From the NCBI GenBank assembly GCA_020632255.1, contig JACKFX010000001.1, forward strand, positions 124,734 to 182,215: a DNA stretch of 57,482 bases, written 5' to 3'. Below, piece by piece: positions 38,080-48,695 of this stretch. Within the stretch, counting starts at the first letter, position 1, and every line of letters begins with the position of its first letter. The notes below the pieces were generated by a model, which ran no database searches, was not told the DNA's origin, and was given only the letters and a program-made list of their open reading frames with translations. The position numbers and the translations under genes are program-made. The stretch is from Pseudomonadales bacterium (lineage in GTDB: Bacteria > Patescibacteriota > Microgenomatia > UBA1400 > PJMF01).

Positions 38080-38823
38080 ATGATTTCTCCAAATTCATAT
38101 TCAGTTGTCATGTCAAAAAAAGCAGGTATGCTCTTGGTGGATAAACCATCTGGAATTTCAAGTCATACGGTGGTGAACTGGGCACGCAAAGCCTTTGGAG
38201 TGAAAAAAATTGGGCATACGGGTACACTAGATCCGTTGGCCTCAGGTTTGCTTGTGTTGTTAGTTAGCCGAGAGTACACAAAACTGCAAGATACTTACTT
38301 GAAGCAAGACAAGGAGTATTTTGTGGTTGCTGAACTTGGAGTGGTTTCGGATACCTTTGATCGGATGGGTAGGGTTGAGCAGACAGCTACTTACGATGAA
38401 CTTGCTCTAGTAACTCAATCACAAATTGATTCAGCTTTACATGCATTTGTTGGTGAGAGCCTACAAACAGTTCCAGCTTTTTCTGCAGTGAAGATCGCGG
38501 GAGAAAAGTTGTACGATTTGGCTCGAAAAGGAAACATTGACACCTTCGATTTGCCTACACGATCAATTACTCTTACAAATATAGTTCTCCACTCTGTGAT
38601 GCGAGATGGCCAACAGAAAAAAGTTTTTGTAACTTTTTCGGTTGGGTGTAGTTCGGGAACGTATGTGCGTTCACTCGTGCAGGATTTTGGTGTTACATTG
38701 GGTTGTGGAGCGCTGGTGAGTGAACTCAGAAGGGAACGAATAGGTACGTTCTGTATTCAAGATGAACAAACTATTTGTCCAGTTGTTCCAAAACGATTTC
38801 ATATTACAAAAAAGAGCCTGTAA
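38080..38823 (+). CDS. truB: tRNA pseudouridine(55) synthase TruB
   Basis: LLVDKPSGISS, KIGHTGTLDPLASG, VPAFSAVKIAG, CSSGTYVRSL. Confidence 0.96.
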   Translation: MISPNSYSVVMSKKAGMLLVDKPSGISSHTVVNWARKAFGVKKIGHTGTLDPLASGLLVLLVSREYTKLQDTYLKQDKEYFVVAELGVVSDTFDRMGRVEQTATYDELALVTQSQIDSALHAFVGESLQTVPAFSAVKIAGEKLYDLARKGNIDTFDLPTRSITLTNIVLHSVMRDGQQKKVFVTFSVGCSSGTYVRSLVQDFGVTLGCGALVSELRRERIGTFCIQDEQTICPVVPKRFHITKKSL

Positions 38824-38922
38824 TTCGATGATTTTTTAGATATCTACCTCTTGATATTGATTGTCGAAAAGTATTACACTGAGGTATGGCTACTGTCGTG
38901 GTCTGTTTTGTCATGGAAAGCT

Positions 38923-40167
38923 ATGAAGAATAACTCAGTATTTATGATCGGTTGGGAATATCCGCCACACAATAGTGGGGGTTTGGGTGTTGCTTGCCAA
39001 GGTTTGACACAGGCATTGGCTTCTGATACTACAATTCAATTTGCTCTCCCCTATCATTACGAATCTACAGTTGACCATATGAGCATGATGTCATGTGTTG
39101 ATCCTCGATGGGAGAAAAAATTGGGTACCAAAGTACTCTACCCTCCCTTTGCAAGTTACAGCTCAGAGGGGATTATTCGGAGCTTTTTGTCAGTTTCCGA
39201 CTCCCTTTCTTCAGAAAAACTCAGAATGTTGCCAAATTCAGAACTAGAACAGCGGGTTCAGGAATATTCCCAGGTGATTGCTTCACGATCGAATAAAATC
39301 ATGCAGAATAGCGATTTAGTACATGCTCACGACTGGATGTCTTTTCCTGCAGCTAGGAAAGTTAAAGAAAAAACAGGAAAACCGTTCATTGCTCATGTGC
39401 ACAGCACAGAGTACGATCGAGCTGGTCTAAACCAAGGAAATCAGTACATTTCTTCTGTAGAATATGAAGGGATGATGGCAGCTGACCGAGTTATTGCAGT
39501 CAGTTACTATACCAAGAGTCTACTTGTGAATACCTATGGTATCGATGCTCACAAAATCGATGTGGTACACAATGGAGCTCTACAACCCGAAGTAGCCCCT
39601 GACCCTGGTAGACATCACTTTGCTCAGAAACGTCCAGTGATTGTCTTTATGGGTCGACTTACTCTGCACAAAGGTGTTCAGTACTTCATTCAACTCGCAA
39701 AACAGGTTGTGGTTCGGGTCCCGAATGCACTCTTTGTGGTGGCGGGATCTGGCGATATGTATCATGAATTACTGCTTACTTCTGCCGAACAAGCGCTTTC
39801 TGCTTCAGTGGTGTTCAGTGGATTCGTGCGAAGTACTCAGCGGGACAAGTTACTCGATCGTGCGGATGTGTTTGTGATGCCATCTATTTCAGAGCCATTT
39901 GGTTTAGTTGCAGTTGAGGCAGCTCAGCGTCATACTCCAGTGATCATCTCAAAAAATGCTGGTGTGAGTGAAGTCATGAAAGGTGCGATTGCACTTGATT
40001 TTTGGGACGTTGATAAAATGGCAGAGTCAATACAAAAATTAATTGAGGACCCAGAATACTCCCAAAAGGTGGTTCAGAATCAATTCACCGATATCCAGCA
40101 GATTACTTGGGATAATGCTGCAACTAAAGTGAAGCAATCCTACATCAAGGCTTTGCTTGGAAGATAG
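38923..40167 (+). CDS. Glycosyltransferase family 4, alpha-glucan synthase-like
   Basis: GWEYPPHNSGGLG, HAHDWMS, HVHSTEYDR, MPSISEPFGL. Confidence 0.92.
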   Translation: MKNNSVFMIGWEYPPHNSGGLGVACQGLTQALASDTTIQFALPYHYESTVDHMSMMSCVDPRWEKKLGTKVLYPPFASYSSEGIIRSFLSVSDSLSSEKLRMLPNSELEQRVQEYSQVIASRSNKIMQNSDLVHAHDWMSFPAARKVKEKTGKPFIAHVHSTEYDRAGLNQGNQYISSVEYEGMMAADRVIAVSYYTKSLLVNTYGIDAHKIDVVHNGALQPEVAPDPGRHHFAQKRPVIVFMGRLTLHKGVQYFIQLAKQVVVRVPNALFVVAGSGDMYHELLLTSAEQALSASVVFSGFVRSTQRDKLLDRADVFVMPSISEPFGLVAVEAAQRHTPVIISKNAGVSEVMKGAIALDFWDVDKMAESIQKLIEDPEYSQKVVQNQFTDIQQITWDNAATKVKQSYIKALLGR

Positions 40168-40172
40168 CAGTT

Positions 40173-41393
40173 ATGCCGAAGCTTTGTTTTTATTTTCAGC
40201 TCCATCAGCCCTATCGTTTAGCAGATGTTTCTGTATTGGATGTGGGTACTGACGCTTTTTCTTACTTTGATTTACAGCAACAGGATGATAATAAAAAAAT
40301 ATTCATGAAGGTTGCAGAAAAGTCATATAGACCGATGCTGAGTTTACTCTTGCAACTCACGAAGCAGTATTGGGATTTTTATTTTACTTTTTCAATCTCT
40401 GGGGTATTTTTAGAACAAGCGTTAGCATATGCACCGGATGTGGTGGATCTTTTGCAGAAGCTTTCAAAGACAGGGCAAGTTGAGTTTTTAGCCGAGACGT
40501 ACTATCACTCACTCGCCAGCCTGTATTCTCCGAAAGAATTTGCGTATCAGGTTCAAGAACACGAGCGTCTCTTGTACAAACATCTGAATATACGACCAAG
40601 TGCTTTTCGGAATACCGAACTCATTTTTAGTAATGAAATTGCTCAGTTAGTTGAAGATATGGGCTATGTTGGGATGTTGACTGAGGGAGTGGATCGTTAT
40701 CTTTGGGGGAGAAAACGAACGGTTCCGTATGCCGCAAAAACAAAGGATCGTCTGCCCGTATTATTAAAGCACGCTCAACTATCTGATGATGTCGCATTCC
40801 GGTTTTCGGAAAAGTCTTGGTCTGCATGGCCACTTACTGTCGAGCAGTACCTAGAATGGATTCAGGTTTACTCTGAGGATGAAATTGTTAACCTGTTTAT
40901 GGACTTTGAAACTTTTGGTGAACATCAGTGGGAGGATACAGGTATCTTTACTTTCTTTGCAGATTTTGTTACTGCTTTTCGAAGTAAAAAATGGAATTCT
41001 TTTATAACACCCACCCAGGTCTTCACACCTGTTTGTGATCGAAAAATCAAAAAAAAGTGCTTAGATAAAGCCAAATTGGATACCTATGATGTGCCCGATC
41101 CAATTTCTTGGGCAGATGTTGATCGAGATATTACTGCTTGGAGAGACAATGCATATCAACTGGATACATTGCGCATTATGTATGAATTAGAAGAAGAGGT
41201 ATTGTCTTCTCATAATACCCAGCTTATTAGCGATTGGCGACGGTTACAAACGAGTGACCATTTTTATTATATGTGTACTAAATGGGCTGCAGATGGTGAC
41301 GTGCATGCCTATTTCAGCCCTTACGAAAATCCTCACGAGGCGTATCGACGGTTTACCATTGCTCTAGCAGATCTAACCGAGCGGTTGCAGTAG
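40173..41393 (+). CDS. Glycoside hydrolase family 57 (alpha-amylase-like)
   Basis: YFQLHQPYRL, ETYYHSL, FRNTEL, LFMDFETFGEH, LQTSDHFYYM. Confidence 0.93.
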   Translation: MPKLCFYFQLHQPYRLADVSVLDVGTDAFSYFDLQQQDDNKKIFMKVAEKSYRPMLSLLLQLTKQYWDFYFTFSISGVFLEQALAYAPDVVDLLQKLSKTGQVEFLAETYYHSLASLYSPKEFAYQVQEHERLLYKHLNIRPSAFRNTELIFSNEIAQLVEDMGYVGMLTEGVDRYLWGRKRTVPYAAKTKDRLPVLLKHAQLSDDVAFRFSEKSWSAWPLTVEQYLEWIQVYSEDEIVNLFMDFETFGEHQWEDTGIFTFFADFVTAFRSKKWNSFITPTQVFTPVCDRKIKKKCLDKAKLDTYDVPDPISWADVDRDITAWRDNAYQLDTLRIMYELEEEVLSSHNTQLISDWRRLQTSDHFYYMCTKWAADGDVHAYFSPYENPHEAYRRFTIALADLTERLQ

Positions 41394-41477
41394 CTACTCG
41401 TTCTTGTGGTAGTCCTACTGGTAATGAGTTATTTTGATATCTTGTTTATTCTTTCTCTGGACTGATATGATAGACGT

Positions 41478-43487
41478 ATGCCCAGAGCTCTTACACTTGG
41501 AAATGGCCAGATGCTTGTGTGTCTCGACGAAAATGGTTTCGTGAGAGATTTCTACTATCCCTATGTAGGATTAGAGAATCATGTTGCCGGACATAAACAT
41601 CGGATTGGTGTTAGAGTGAACGGCGTGTTTTCTTGGCTTGATGATAAATCCTGGGACATCTCCATTGGCTACAAGCCAGAGACGATGGTTGGTTACTTGG
41701 TTTGCAAAAATACTCAACTCAATGTGACTGTGGTGATGGAAGATTCTGTATACAATGAGAAAGATGTTTTTTTGCGTCAGGTAGATATTTATAACCATTC
41801 GGGAGAGTTTGCAGAGATACAGCTTTTTTTCCATCAGGTTTTTCATATCTCAGAATCTAAAAAGCGTAACACTGCTTTTTATGATCCAACCCACAACGCT
41901 GTTGTTCACTATAAGGGTCGTCGTGTGTTTATTGTAAATGGTCAAACAGAATCTGGTTCGAGAATTGATGATTACACTGTTGGTGCTTACCAGTTCGAGG
42001 GCAAGGAAGGATCGTATCGTGATGCAGAGGATGGAGACCTTACCAAAAATGCAGTTGAACATGGTTCTGTAGACTCAGTTATTCGTTTTTCTACATCCTG
42101 TCAAGCTAAGTGCAAATCACGAATTTACTATTGGATTGTTGCAGGTAAGTCACTCGAAGATGCATATGAAATAAATTCGAGCGTGGTGTTAAAGACACCA
42201 AAAGCAATGTTGCACTCAACCGAGAGTTTTTGGAATGCCTGGTTAAATACCAGAGAATTCGAGACAGATGATTTACCTCCTGATCAGAAAAAATTATTTG
42301 ATACATCACTTTTTATTCTACGCAGCCACACTGACAATAGAGGTAGTATTATTGCTAGTGGCGATAGCGAGATGATTGAGTATGGCAAGGATGACTACAG
42401 TTACATGTGGCCTCGCGACGCGGCATTTATTGCTACAACACTCGATAAATCGGGCTTTGATGAAGTTACCAAAAACTTCTTTTTATTTTGCAAAGATGTT
42501 TTACACCCAGATGGCTATCTGCACCATCGCTACCGCAGTGATGAAAGTTTAGGTTCAACTTGGCACTCTACTACTTCACAGGGCGAATGGCTGAAAGATA
42601 AAATTTTGCAGTTGCCAATTCAAGAGGATGAAACTGCAGGTGTTTTATACGCTCTTTGGAACCACTATGAGCAATCTAAAGATCTAGAATTTATAGAATT
42701 ACTGTATAAACCAATGATCGAAAAAATGGCTCGATTTCTCATGAGTTTTCGTGATAAAGACACTGGTTTGCCACTAGCGTCATATGATTTGTGGGAAGAA
42801 AAAATTGGAGTTTCTACCTATACCTGTGCGGCGACATATGGAGGATTAATGGCTGCTGCAAAGTTTTCTGAACTTTTAGATAAGCGAAATCATATGCGTG
42901 AATACAAAAAAGCCGCCAATGAAATTAAAGAGGCAATGATAGAACACTTGTATTCACCTTCATTGCAGGCATTTGTGCGTATTGGTTACTACAGCAAAGA
43001 TGGCTTCGTTAGGGATGAAATTGTTGATTCTAGTTCTCTCTTTGGGCTGTGGTACTTTGGTGTGTTCGATCAGTCGGAAGATCTTTTTCAAAAATCGTAT
43101 CAGGCTACAAAAGAACGACTGTGGAATCAAACAGATGTGGGTGGTTTTATTCGGTATGAAAGAGATAACTATTTCAGATCAACAAATATACCAAACCCCT
43201 GGTTTATTACTACTCTGTGGGAAGCTCAGATGAGGTTAGCAAAAAAAGAAGTGACGCAGGAGGATTTGGTTTTTGCTGAGCAAACATTTGCTTGGGTGGT
43301 AGGTCATGTGTACAGTTCGGGTGTGTTAGCTGAACAGTTAAACCCGTATACCGGTGAGTCACTTTCCTCTACTCCACTAGTTTGGAGTCATGCAGTCTAT
43401 GTTGAAACAGTTCTTCTCTATGTAACTAAAAAGAAGGAAGTCGCGTTGCAGCAGCAGAACATATCTGAGCCAACGCATACACTTTAG
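41478..43487 (+). CDS. Glycoside hydrolase family 15 (glucoamylase-like)
   Basis: YSYMWPRDA, QEDETA, DLWEE, LAEQLNP, PLVWSHA. Confidence 0.92.
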   Translation: MPRALTLGNGQMLVCLDENGFVRDFYYPYVGLENHVAGHKHRIGVRVNGVFSWLDDKSWDISIGYKPETMVGYLVCKNTQLNVTVVMEDSVYNEKDVFLRQVDIYNHSGEFAEIQLFFHQVFHISESKKRNTAFYDPTHNAVVHYKGRRVFIVNGQTESGSRIDDYTVGAYQFEGKEGSYRDAEDGDLTKNAVEHGSVDSVIRFSTSCQAKCKSRIYYWIVAGKSLEDAYEINSSVVLKTPKAMLHSTESFWNAWLNTREFETDDLPPDQKKLFDTSLFILRSHTDNRGSIIASGDSEMIEYGKDDYSYMWPRDAAFIATTLDKSGFDEVTKNFFLFCKDVLHPDGYLHHRYRSDESLGSTWHSTTSQGEWLKDKILQLPIQEDETAGVLYALWNHYEQSKDLEFIELLYKPMIEKMARFLMSFRDKDTGLPLASYDLWEEKIGVSTYTCAATYGGLMAAAKFSELLDKRNHMREYKKAANEIKEAMIEHLYSPSLQAFVRIGYYSKDGFVRDEIVDSSSLFGLWYFGVFDQSEDLFQKSYQATKERLWNQTDVGGFIRYERDNYFRSTNIPNPWFITTLWEAQMRLAKKEVTQEDLVFAEQTFAWVVGHVYSSGVLAEQLNPYTGESLSSTPLVWSHAVYVETVLLYVTKKKEVALQQQNISEPTHTL

Positions 43488-43498
43488 TAAGGATAGCT

Positions 43499-44419
43499 AT
43501 GAGTGAATACTATTTAGCTGTTGATGGTGGAGGCACAAAAACTGATGTCATGTGTGTTGATGAGACCGGTGCGGTTATCGGTACTGGTTCATCTGGACCA
43601 ACGAGCCTGACAGTCAGCGCAATTGGTGCAGCCAGTTTTAATTTGATTGAGGCTGTTCGTGTTGCAATTGAAAGTAAACCGGAGATACGTCAGTTCAAAA
43701 AAGTAGTATTTGGATTGGCAGGTGTAGATACGGTTGAAGAACGTGATCGAGCTGAGGAAATATTTCGAAGAGCTTTATCCCATTATCAGTTTGAGGAGTT
43801 TATTTTACTCAATGACAGTGAGATTGCTTTGGTTAATGGATCTGATAGTCCTAACGCTCTTATTTTAGTGAGTGGTACAGGCAGTATTTGTTATGGGAAA
43901 AACAGTCAAGGTCAAACAGCGCGCGTATCAGGAATGGATTACTTGCTTGCCGACCAGGGCTCAGGTTATAGTATTGGTCGAAAAGTACTGCATGCAGCTG
44001 TAAAAAGTTTTGATGGTAGAGGTCAAAAAACAAGTTTGGAGGGTTTGGTTTGCGAGCATTTTATGGTGCCAAAAGTTTCTTATTTGAAACAGGAAGTGTA
44101 TAACCCTGATCTGACTAAGAGTGAAGTTGCCCGCTTATCTAGATTATGTACAAAAGCCGCTATTGCTGGGGACGAGGTTGCACAAAAAATCTTAGATGAA
44201 GAAATCCAAGAAATGGTACTCTCGGTAGCTACAGTGTTGAATCGCTTGCATAGTCGTGAAGAAGAATTTGATATTGTTTTTGCGGGTGCAATTCTTGAGC
44301 TTGAAACTATTGCCAGTAGAGTTCGAGAGCAGTTGTCGGCACAGTTTAGTCATCTCAACTTTGTGCGTCAAGAAAAAGACCCTGTATGCGGCGCAGTTAA
44401 GTTAGCTCTCCAGAAATGA
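43499..44419 (+). CDS. BadF/BadG/BcrA/BcrD-type (ASKHA) sugar kinase
   Basis: LAVDGGGTKT, LNDSEIAL, LVSGTGSI, DQGSGY. Confidence 0.9.
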   Translation: MSEYYLAVDGGGTKTDVMCVDETGAVIGTGSSGPTSLTVSAIGAASFNLIEAVRVAIESKPEIRQFKKVVFGLAGVDTVEERDRAEEIFRRALSHYQFEEFILLNDSEIALVNGSDSPNALILVSGTGSICYGKNSQGQTARVSGMDYLLADQGSGYSIGRKVLHAAVKSFDGRGQKTSLEGLVCEHFMVPKVSYLKQEVYNPDLTKSEVARLSRLCTKAAIAGDEVAQKILDEEIQEMVLSVATVLNRLHSREEEFDIVFAGAILELETIASRVREQLSAQFSHLNFVRQEKDPVCGAVKLALQK

Positions 44420-44440
44420 AACCTAAGGTATAATATCCTT

Positions 44441-44941
44441 ATGCAGCCTCACACAGGTGCCATTATTACGTTGCTTGCCCAACTGCGTTATGATCTTGGA
44501 AAAAGTTATTACAAAGTTGACAGTGAGTGGAATGGTAAACAATACCAGATAACTTTACATGATGTCTACCGACACCAACTCTTGTTTCGTGTGGGAAACA
44601 TTTATCCTTGTTACACAAAAGTGCATTTAGAAATTGGTGGAGATTTTTCTATTGAGAGTGCTATGGTTGGCAATAGTGAGTTGCAGTTTTTATATATGCG
44701 CAGAGAGTGCTTCTTTAAAATCGAACATTCTCACACAAATGTCGTGGAAGAAAAGTACAAATTTGAGTTTGACCATGATGTGGTTTGGATTCGACGTGGT
44801 GAGTACAACAAAGAAAATGGGTGGCGAGCTAATTTTGAGGGAAAGTATGAGGCTTCATATCGCCGAAGTGAATTTAAGGATATCATTCAAGCAAGCGGCC
44901 GACGGATTGAAGAAATATACCGGTATATGATTCCCGATTAA
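44441..44941 (+). CDS. Hypothetical protein
   Basis: 166-aa beta-rich ORF; TATAAT 6 nt before the ATG. Confidence 0.65.
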   Translation: MQPHTGAIITLLAQLRYDLGKSYYKVDSEWNGKQYQITLHDVYRHQLLFRVGNIYPCYTKVHLEIGGDFSIESAMVGNSELQFLYMRRECFFKIEHSHTNVVEEKYKFEFDHDVVWIRRGEYNKENGWRANFEGKYEASYRRSEFKDIIQASGRRIEEIYRYMIPD

Positions 44942-45241
44942 TTATTCATTTTTGACTTCAAGATCTTGGAACCAGCCTCTGCGATACAAAATACCGATGA
45001 TGGCATAGACGCCGATGTCTGTCCAGGTGTCATCAATTGATTCGTTTTCTGGTTCGCCTGCCTTCATAAGGAGATTTTTGAGGCGCTCCCCTTTTTCACT
45101 GATGCGAAAGGCGATGCCAAGTTCCTTAATAGAAAGCACGTTGCCTTTACCATAATCTTTATGTTTCTTTAGAAAAGTTTGTAAAAACTCTTCTGCAACG
45201 ATTTCAATTGCTTCATTAAGGTTTTGAGGTTTGGAGCTCAT
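44942..45241 (-). CDS. DUF1599 / nucleotide-modification-associated domain protein
   Basis: KKHKDYGKGN...RISEKGERLKNL...ESIDDTWTDIGVYAII pattern. Confidence 0.72.
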   Translation of the reverse strand: MSSKPQNLNEAIEIVAEEFLQTFLKKHKDYGKGNVLSIKELGIAFRISEKGERLKNLLMKAGEPENESIDDTWTDIGVYAIIGILYRRGWFQDLEVKNE

Positions 45242-45406
45242 GACGTCTTTCTGAGATATACGTAGTTACTAACGAATACTAATGATAGTTTTTTATATAC
45301 TATCTGGCTTGGTGTATTCAAGGGTGAATATAGCTTCGGGTGATACTGGAATTTTGCAGGAGTTGTGCTATTTTAGTTGTGTATGCGAAATAACTAGAAG
45401 GAGCAT

Positions 45407-46123
45407 ATGTTACTCGAGAGAGCAGGGATTCTCTCCCAACCTCAAGTAGAAACTAGAGAACGCGGAATCAAGGTGGTTACAGTCCCACCTTTGCTTGATT
45501 ATGTAGAATCAGCGGTTTGGCAGGATCAAGATGGGGTTAGGTTAAGTCAAATGCTCCAAGCATCACACGCATTGGATTCTGCTTTTTTAGCCTGGGAAAT
45601 GAATAGAAAAGGAGTTACTCCAATTGGGCACCACAATACTGGGTTTGAAGGTTACTTAATTGCACGAGTAGGTTCTTTTGAGGAAGCCCATGAGTATTTT
45701 TTAACAATGGGTCAGTCGATTCTTGATTCTATAGCTCGTGCTCATAAAAACTCGTATAAAACACGAGATTTGTTAGAAAAAGCAATTCACGGTGAGAAGG
45801 TTCCTGCTGCGATTATTGAGGAGTGGATGGCAATTTTCGGTGCTCAACTTGCACGGGAACGAGCACATCTGTTGGCAAATCCTAAAGCTTTGCAGTATCG
45901 AGATGAGGTGAGGAGAAGAGCAATTGTGATGCCAAAAATTAGGTACGTGGTAGGTTCAGATGGTCAGCTAGTTCAAGAATACTTTGTTGAAGCGGAGAAA
46001 ATCTCTTCGGTGCCCACTTTTCATATGGATGACAATTTTGAGTTACCTTTCACAATAGTAAAAAACATTGGTATGTTTGGTCATCCACTGCTTCGAAGTG
46101 CTACACGGTGTAAATATAGCTAA
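45407..46123 (+). CDS. Hypothetical protein
   Basis: 238-aa ORF with strong SD AAGGAG; no recognised motif. Confidence 0.7.
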   Translation: MLLERAGILSQPQVETRERGIKVVTVPPLLDYVESAVWQDQDGVRLSQMLQASHALDSAFLAWEMNRKGVTPIGHHNTGFEGYLIARVGSFEEAHEYFLTMGQSILDSIARAHKNSYKTRDLLEKAIHGEKVPAAIIEEWMAIFGAQLARERAHLLANPKALQYRDEVRRRAIVMPKIRYVVGSDGQLVQEYFVEAEKISSVPTFHMDDNFELPFTIVKNIGMFGHPLLRSATRCKYS

Positions 46124-46399
46124 GATTGTATGGTATATTGCGTGTTCTCGAGAAACACCAAAAAACCATGAATAAGACAGATCCCTTCTATTAATGTGCA
46201 ATCAAAAAGCTAGCAATGGCACAGCTACAAAGGGTACAGAAGAGATTCGACTTTCCACAGAAGTTGAGGTAGTGCTCTTCTATGAACTACTGCTTCTTTA
46301 ATCCAGAATATTCACTAGAGTATCCTTCAGAGTTCACTTATCTTTTTGTTTTGGGAGATTTGTGTCTTAGTAACTGCTCTGCTCTGCTACAATAGATTT

Positions 46400-46879
46400 G
46401 TGCATAAGCCAAAGAAAACAATTCCGTTTACTCCAGAAAAGTATGCTGCAATGCAACAAAAAGTTGCTGAACTCCAAAAACTTCGTGAGGAAGTGATGGA
46501 ACGTCTGATAATAGCTCGAGAAATGGGAGACTTATCAGAAAATGGTGCCTACAAATATGCCAAGTTTGAGCTTGGTACTATTGGGCGTCAACTCAAGCAA
46601 CTCAACCATTTGTTAGAAGTAGGATTTCCTCAAGAGCGGTTAGAAACTGCTGCAGAAGTTGTTGATTTTGGTAGTGTGGTGACGATAAAAAAGAATGATG
46701 GCTCAGGAATACAAAAAACATTTACGGTGGTAAGTAAGCACGAGTCTAATCCAGTTGAAGGATTATTGGCATACACAAGTCCGATGGGAAAAGCAGTACT
46801 AAAGAAAAAAACCGGTGCAGTTGTCTCAATTCAAACTCCCAGAGGTATTTCAGAGTACACCATTATTTCTATAGAGTAG
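46400..46879 (+). CDS. Second GreA/GreB-family elongation factor
   Basis: AREMGDLSENGAYKYAK, SPMGKAVL, VSIQTPRG. GTG at 46400 lies 6 nt after TGCTACAAT. Confidence 0.92.
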   Translation: MHKPKKTIPFTPEKYAAMQQKVAELQKLREEVMERLIIAREMGDLSENGAYKYAKFELGTIGRQLKQLNHLLEVGFPQERLETAAEVVDFGSVVTIKKNDGSGIQKTFTVVSKHESNPVEGLLAYTSPMGKAVLKKKTGAVVSIQTPRGISEYTIISIE

Positions 46880-47764
46880 TTAGTAATTTCTAAATAAAAC
46901 AGGCAACAAAATGCTAGCATGAAGTTGTAATTTTCGGTTATGTAATTTAAGTTCCTCAGGGTCAGAAAAAAATTGACTGGTTTCTGCTTCTTCTTGTGCG
47001 ACTACAATAATTGGTAGTTCAGGAAGATCAACGCCCCGTTGTAGACAGGCTTGTGTGAGTAATTTTTTAATTGAGGTAATTGTAGCTCCGGAACTATAGA
47101 CGTCATCAACAATCGCGATTTTCTTACCTTCAGCGAATGCCAAGATAATTTTATCAATCATTGCTTCACTGACACCAAAGAATTTTGATGGTTGGTCTTC
47201 AGCAAGGGTAATTGGTCGACACTCTTGAGTTACTACTTTTTCTCCATTTGCCATCCCCTGCACTTCATTTTCCGTGAAAAGGTGTTTGTCATCACCTCGG
47301 TTTTCTGATCCTCCCAGGAGGATCATTGGGGGTTGAATGGTGGCTTTTACTGTTGCTTCAGTTATCATGGTCTCTGATTTAGATGAGGGTGCGGCTATTA
47401 CAAAATCAATCTCATGGTATTTCAGTTGCTCAGCTAGCAGTGATGATCCATGGTCAGCAATCTCAGGAATACTTGGGTTGAGCATGGCAATAAAAGCTGG
47501 ATTTTCTTCACTTCCAACATTGAGAAGTGGCAGCATGATGGCTTTTCCATCGAGTTCAATTTTGAGCGAGTAGCTCCCATTTTCTTGAAGTCGGACGTCT
47601 TTATATGAATAACTTCTGATTGGTGCAGGTGGAGTTACATCTCCATATGCATCTTTTCGTCTGCTTCTGCCTTCAGCAACTGCAGCTTGCATTCTTCCTT
47701 GGAGAAGTAAGGCTTCTGAGTAGGTGATTTTTTGGTCACCGTGGGTGATGATAAGTTCATGCAT
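46880..47764 (-). CDS. Type I phosphoribosyltransferase-like protein
   Basis: PRPP-binding loop KIAIVDDVYSSGAT. Confidence 0.75.
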   Translation of the reverse strand: MHELIITHGDQKITYSEALLLQGRMQAAVAEGRSRRKDAYGDVTPPAPIRSYSYKDVRLQENGSYSLKIELDGKAIMLPLLNVGSEENPAFIAMLNPSIPEIADHGSSLLAEQLKYHEIDFVIAAPSSKSETMITEATVKATIQPPMILLGGSENRGDDKHLFTENEVQGMANGEKVVTQECRPITLAEDQPSKFFGVSEAMIDKIILAFAEGKKIAIVDDVYSSGATITSIKKLLTQACLQRGVDLPELPIIVVAQEEAETSQFFSDPEELKLHNRKLQLHASILLPVLFRNY

Positions 47765-47888
47765 TTAGTTCTATTATATCATTATCAAATTCATTTAAAA
47801 AACAATTTCTTCAAATGGTTGATTATTTAAAATATTTTGCCTGCTTACTCGAATAGAAATTTCTAAAGCCTGGGTATATACTTTCAAC

Positions 47889-48695
47889 ATGAACAAAAAA
47901 TTTTTCCTCTCTCTAGTGGTACTTCTGTTTGCCATTGTTTTGGTTGGTGGTTGGATGAATTCAATACAAAAAGTCAGCCCTGAAGCGACCAAAAGGATTG
48001 AGTCAGCCTCAAAAAAGGGCGATAATCAATCATTCATGCTCTCTGATTTTCCCAGTGAGATTGAGCTGGCAGGAATGGATGAGATTGAGTCGATGAAGTT
48101 TTTTGTGAATGATGATGTTTCATCCGGGTATCTTTTTGGAGGTCCAGTTAATTACTATAACGTGGTGTATAGCACTTCTTTGCCCCGAGCAGCAGTATTC
48201 GCAGCTTATCGAGATTCAATGAATGTTGACGAAGAAGAAAGCTCTGATTCAAAGATTCTTGGTACCATCGGTGAGTATTTGGTTTCGGTAAGTCAGTATG
48301 AAGAAGATTCTGACACAGTATATGTCCAGGCAGTACTTCCCCTAGAGTCATTTGAAAAAGAAAATCCTTATTTTACAGATTATCCTGAATTGATTGAAGT
48401 AGATCCAACATGGATCGAAAAAGAAAGTAGTTATGGTTTGCTCAACCAAAAAGGTGGTGAGGTTGAATACTGGCAGTACTTTATTTTGAATGAGGATGAG
48501 TTGCCTGCTGAAATGAGTGAACAACAACTTACTGATTTTTACCAGGAATACTCTGAAATGCTTCAAGAAAAGACCGATTTTGTTGCTGATGATGAAACTC
48601 AAAAACTCACATGGACTGATGGGGAGTACTCCGTAACTATGACTTTCTCTAACGATCACGGTAGAGTGTACGTGATGATTCGAAAGTCAATGTAG
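47889..48695 (+). CDS. Membrane-anchored or secreted acidic hypothetical protein
   Basis: N-terminal MNKKFFLSLVVLLFAIVLVGG; acidic body. Confidence 0.75.
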   Translation: MNKKFFLSLVVLLFAIVLVGGWMNSIQKVSPEATKRIESASKKGDNQSFMLSDFPSEIELAGMDEIESMKFFVNDDVSSGYLFGGPVNYYNVVYSTSLPRAAVFAAYRDSMNVDEEESSDSKILGTIGEYLVSVSQYEEDSDTVYVQAVLPLESFEKENPYFTDYPELIEVDPTWIEKESSYGLLNQKGGEVEYWQYFILNEDELPAEMSEQQLTDFYQEYSEMLQEKTDFVADDETQKLTWTDGEYSVTMTFSNDHGRVYVMIRKSM

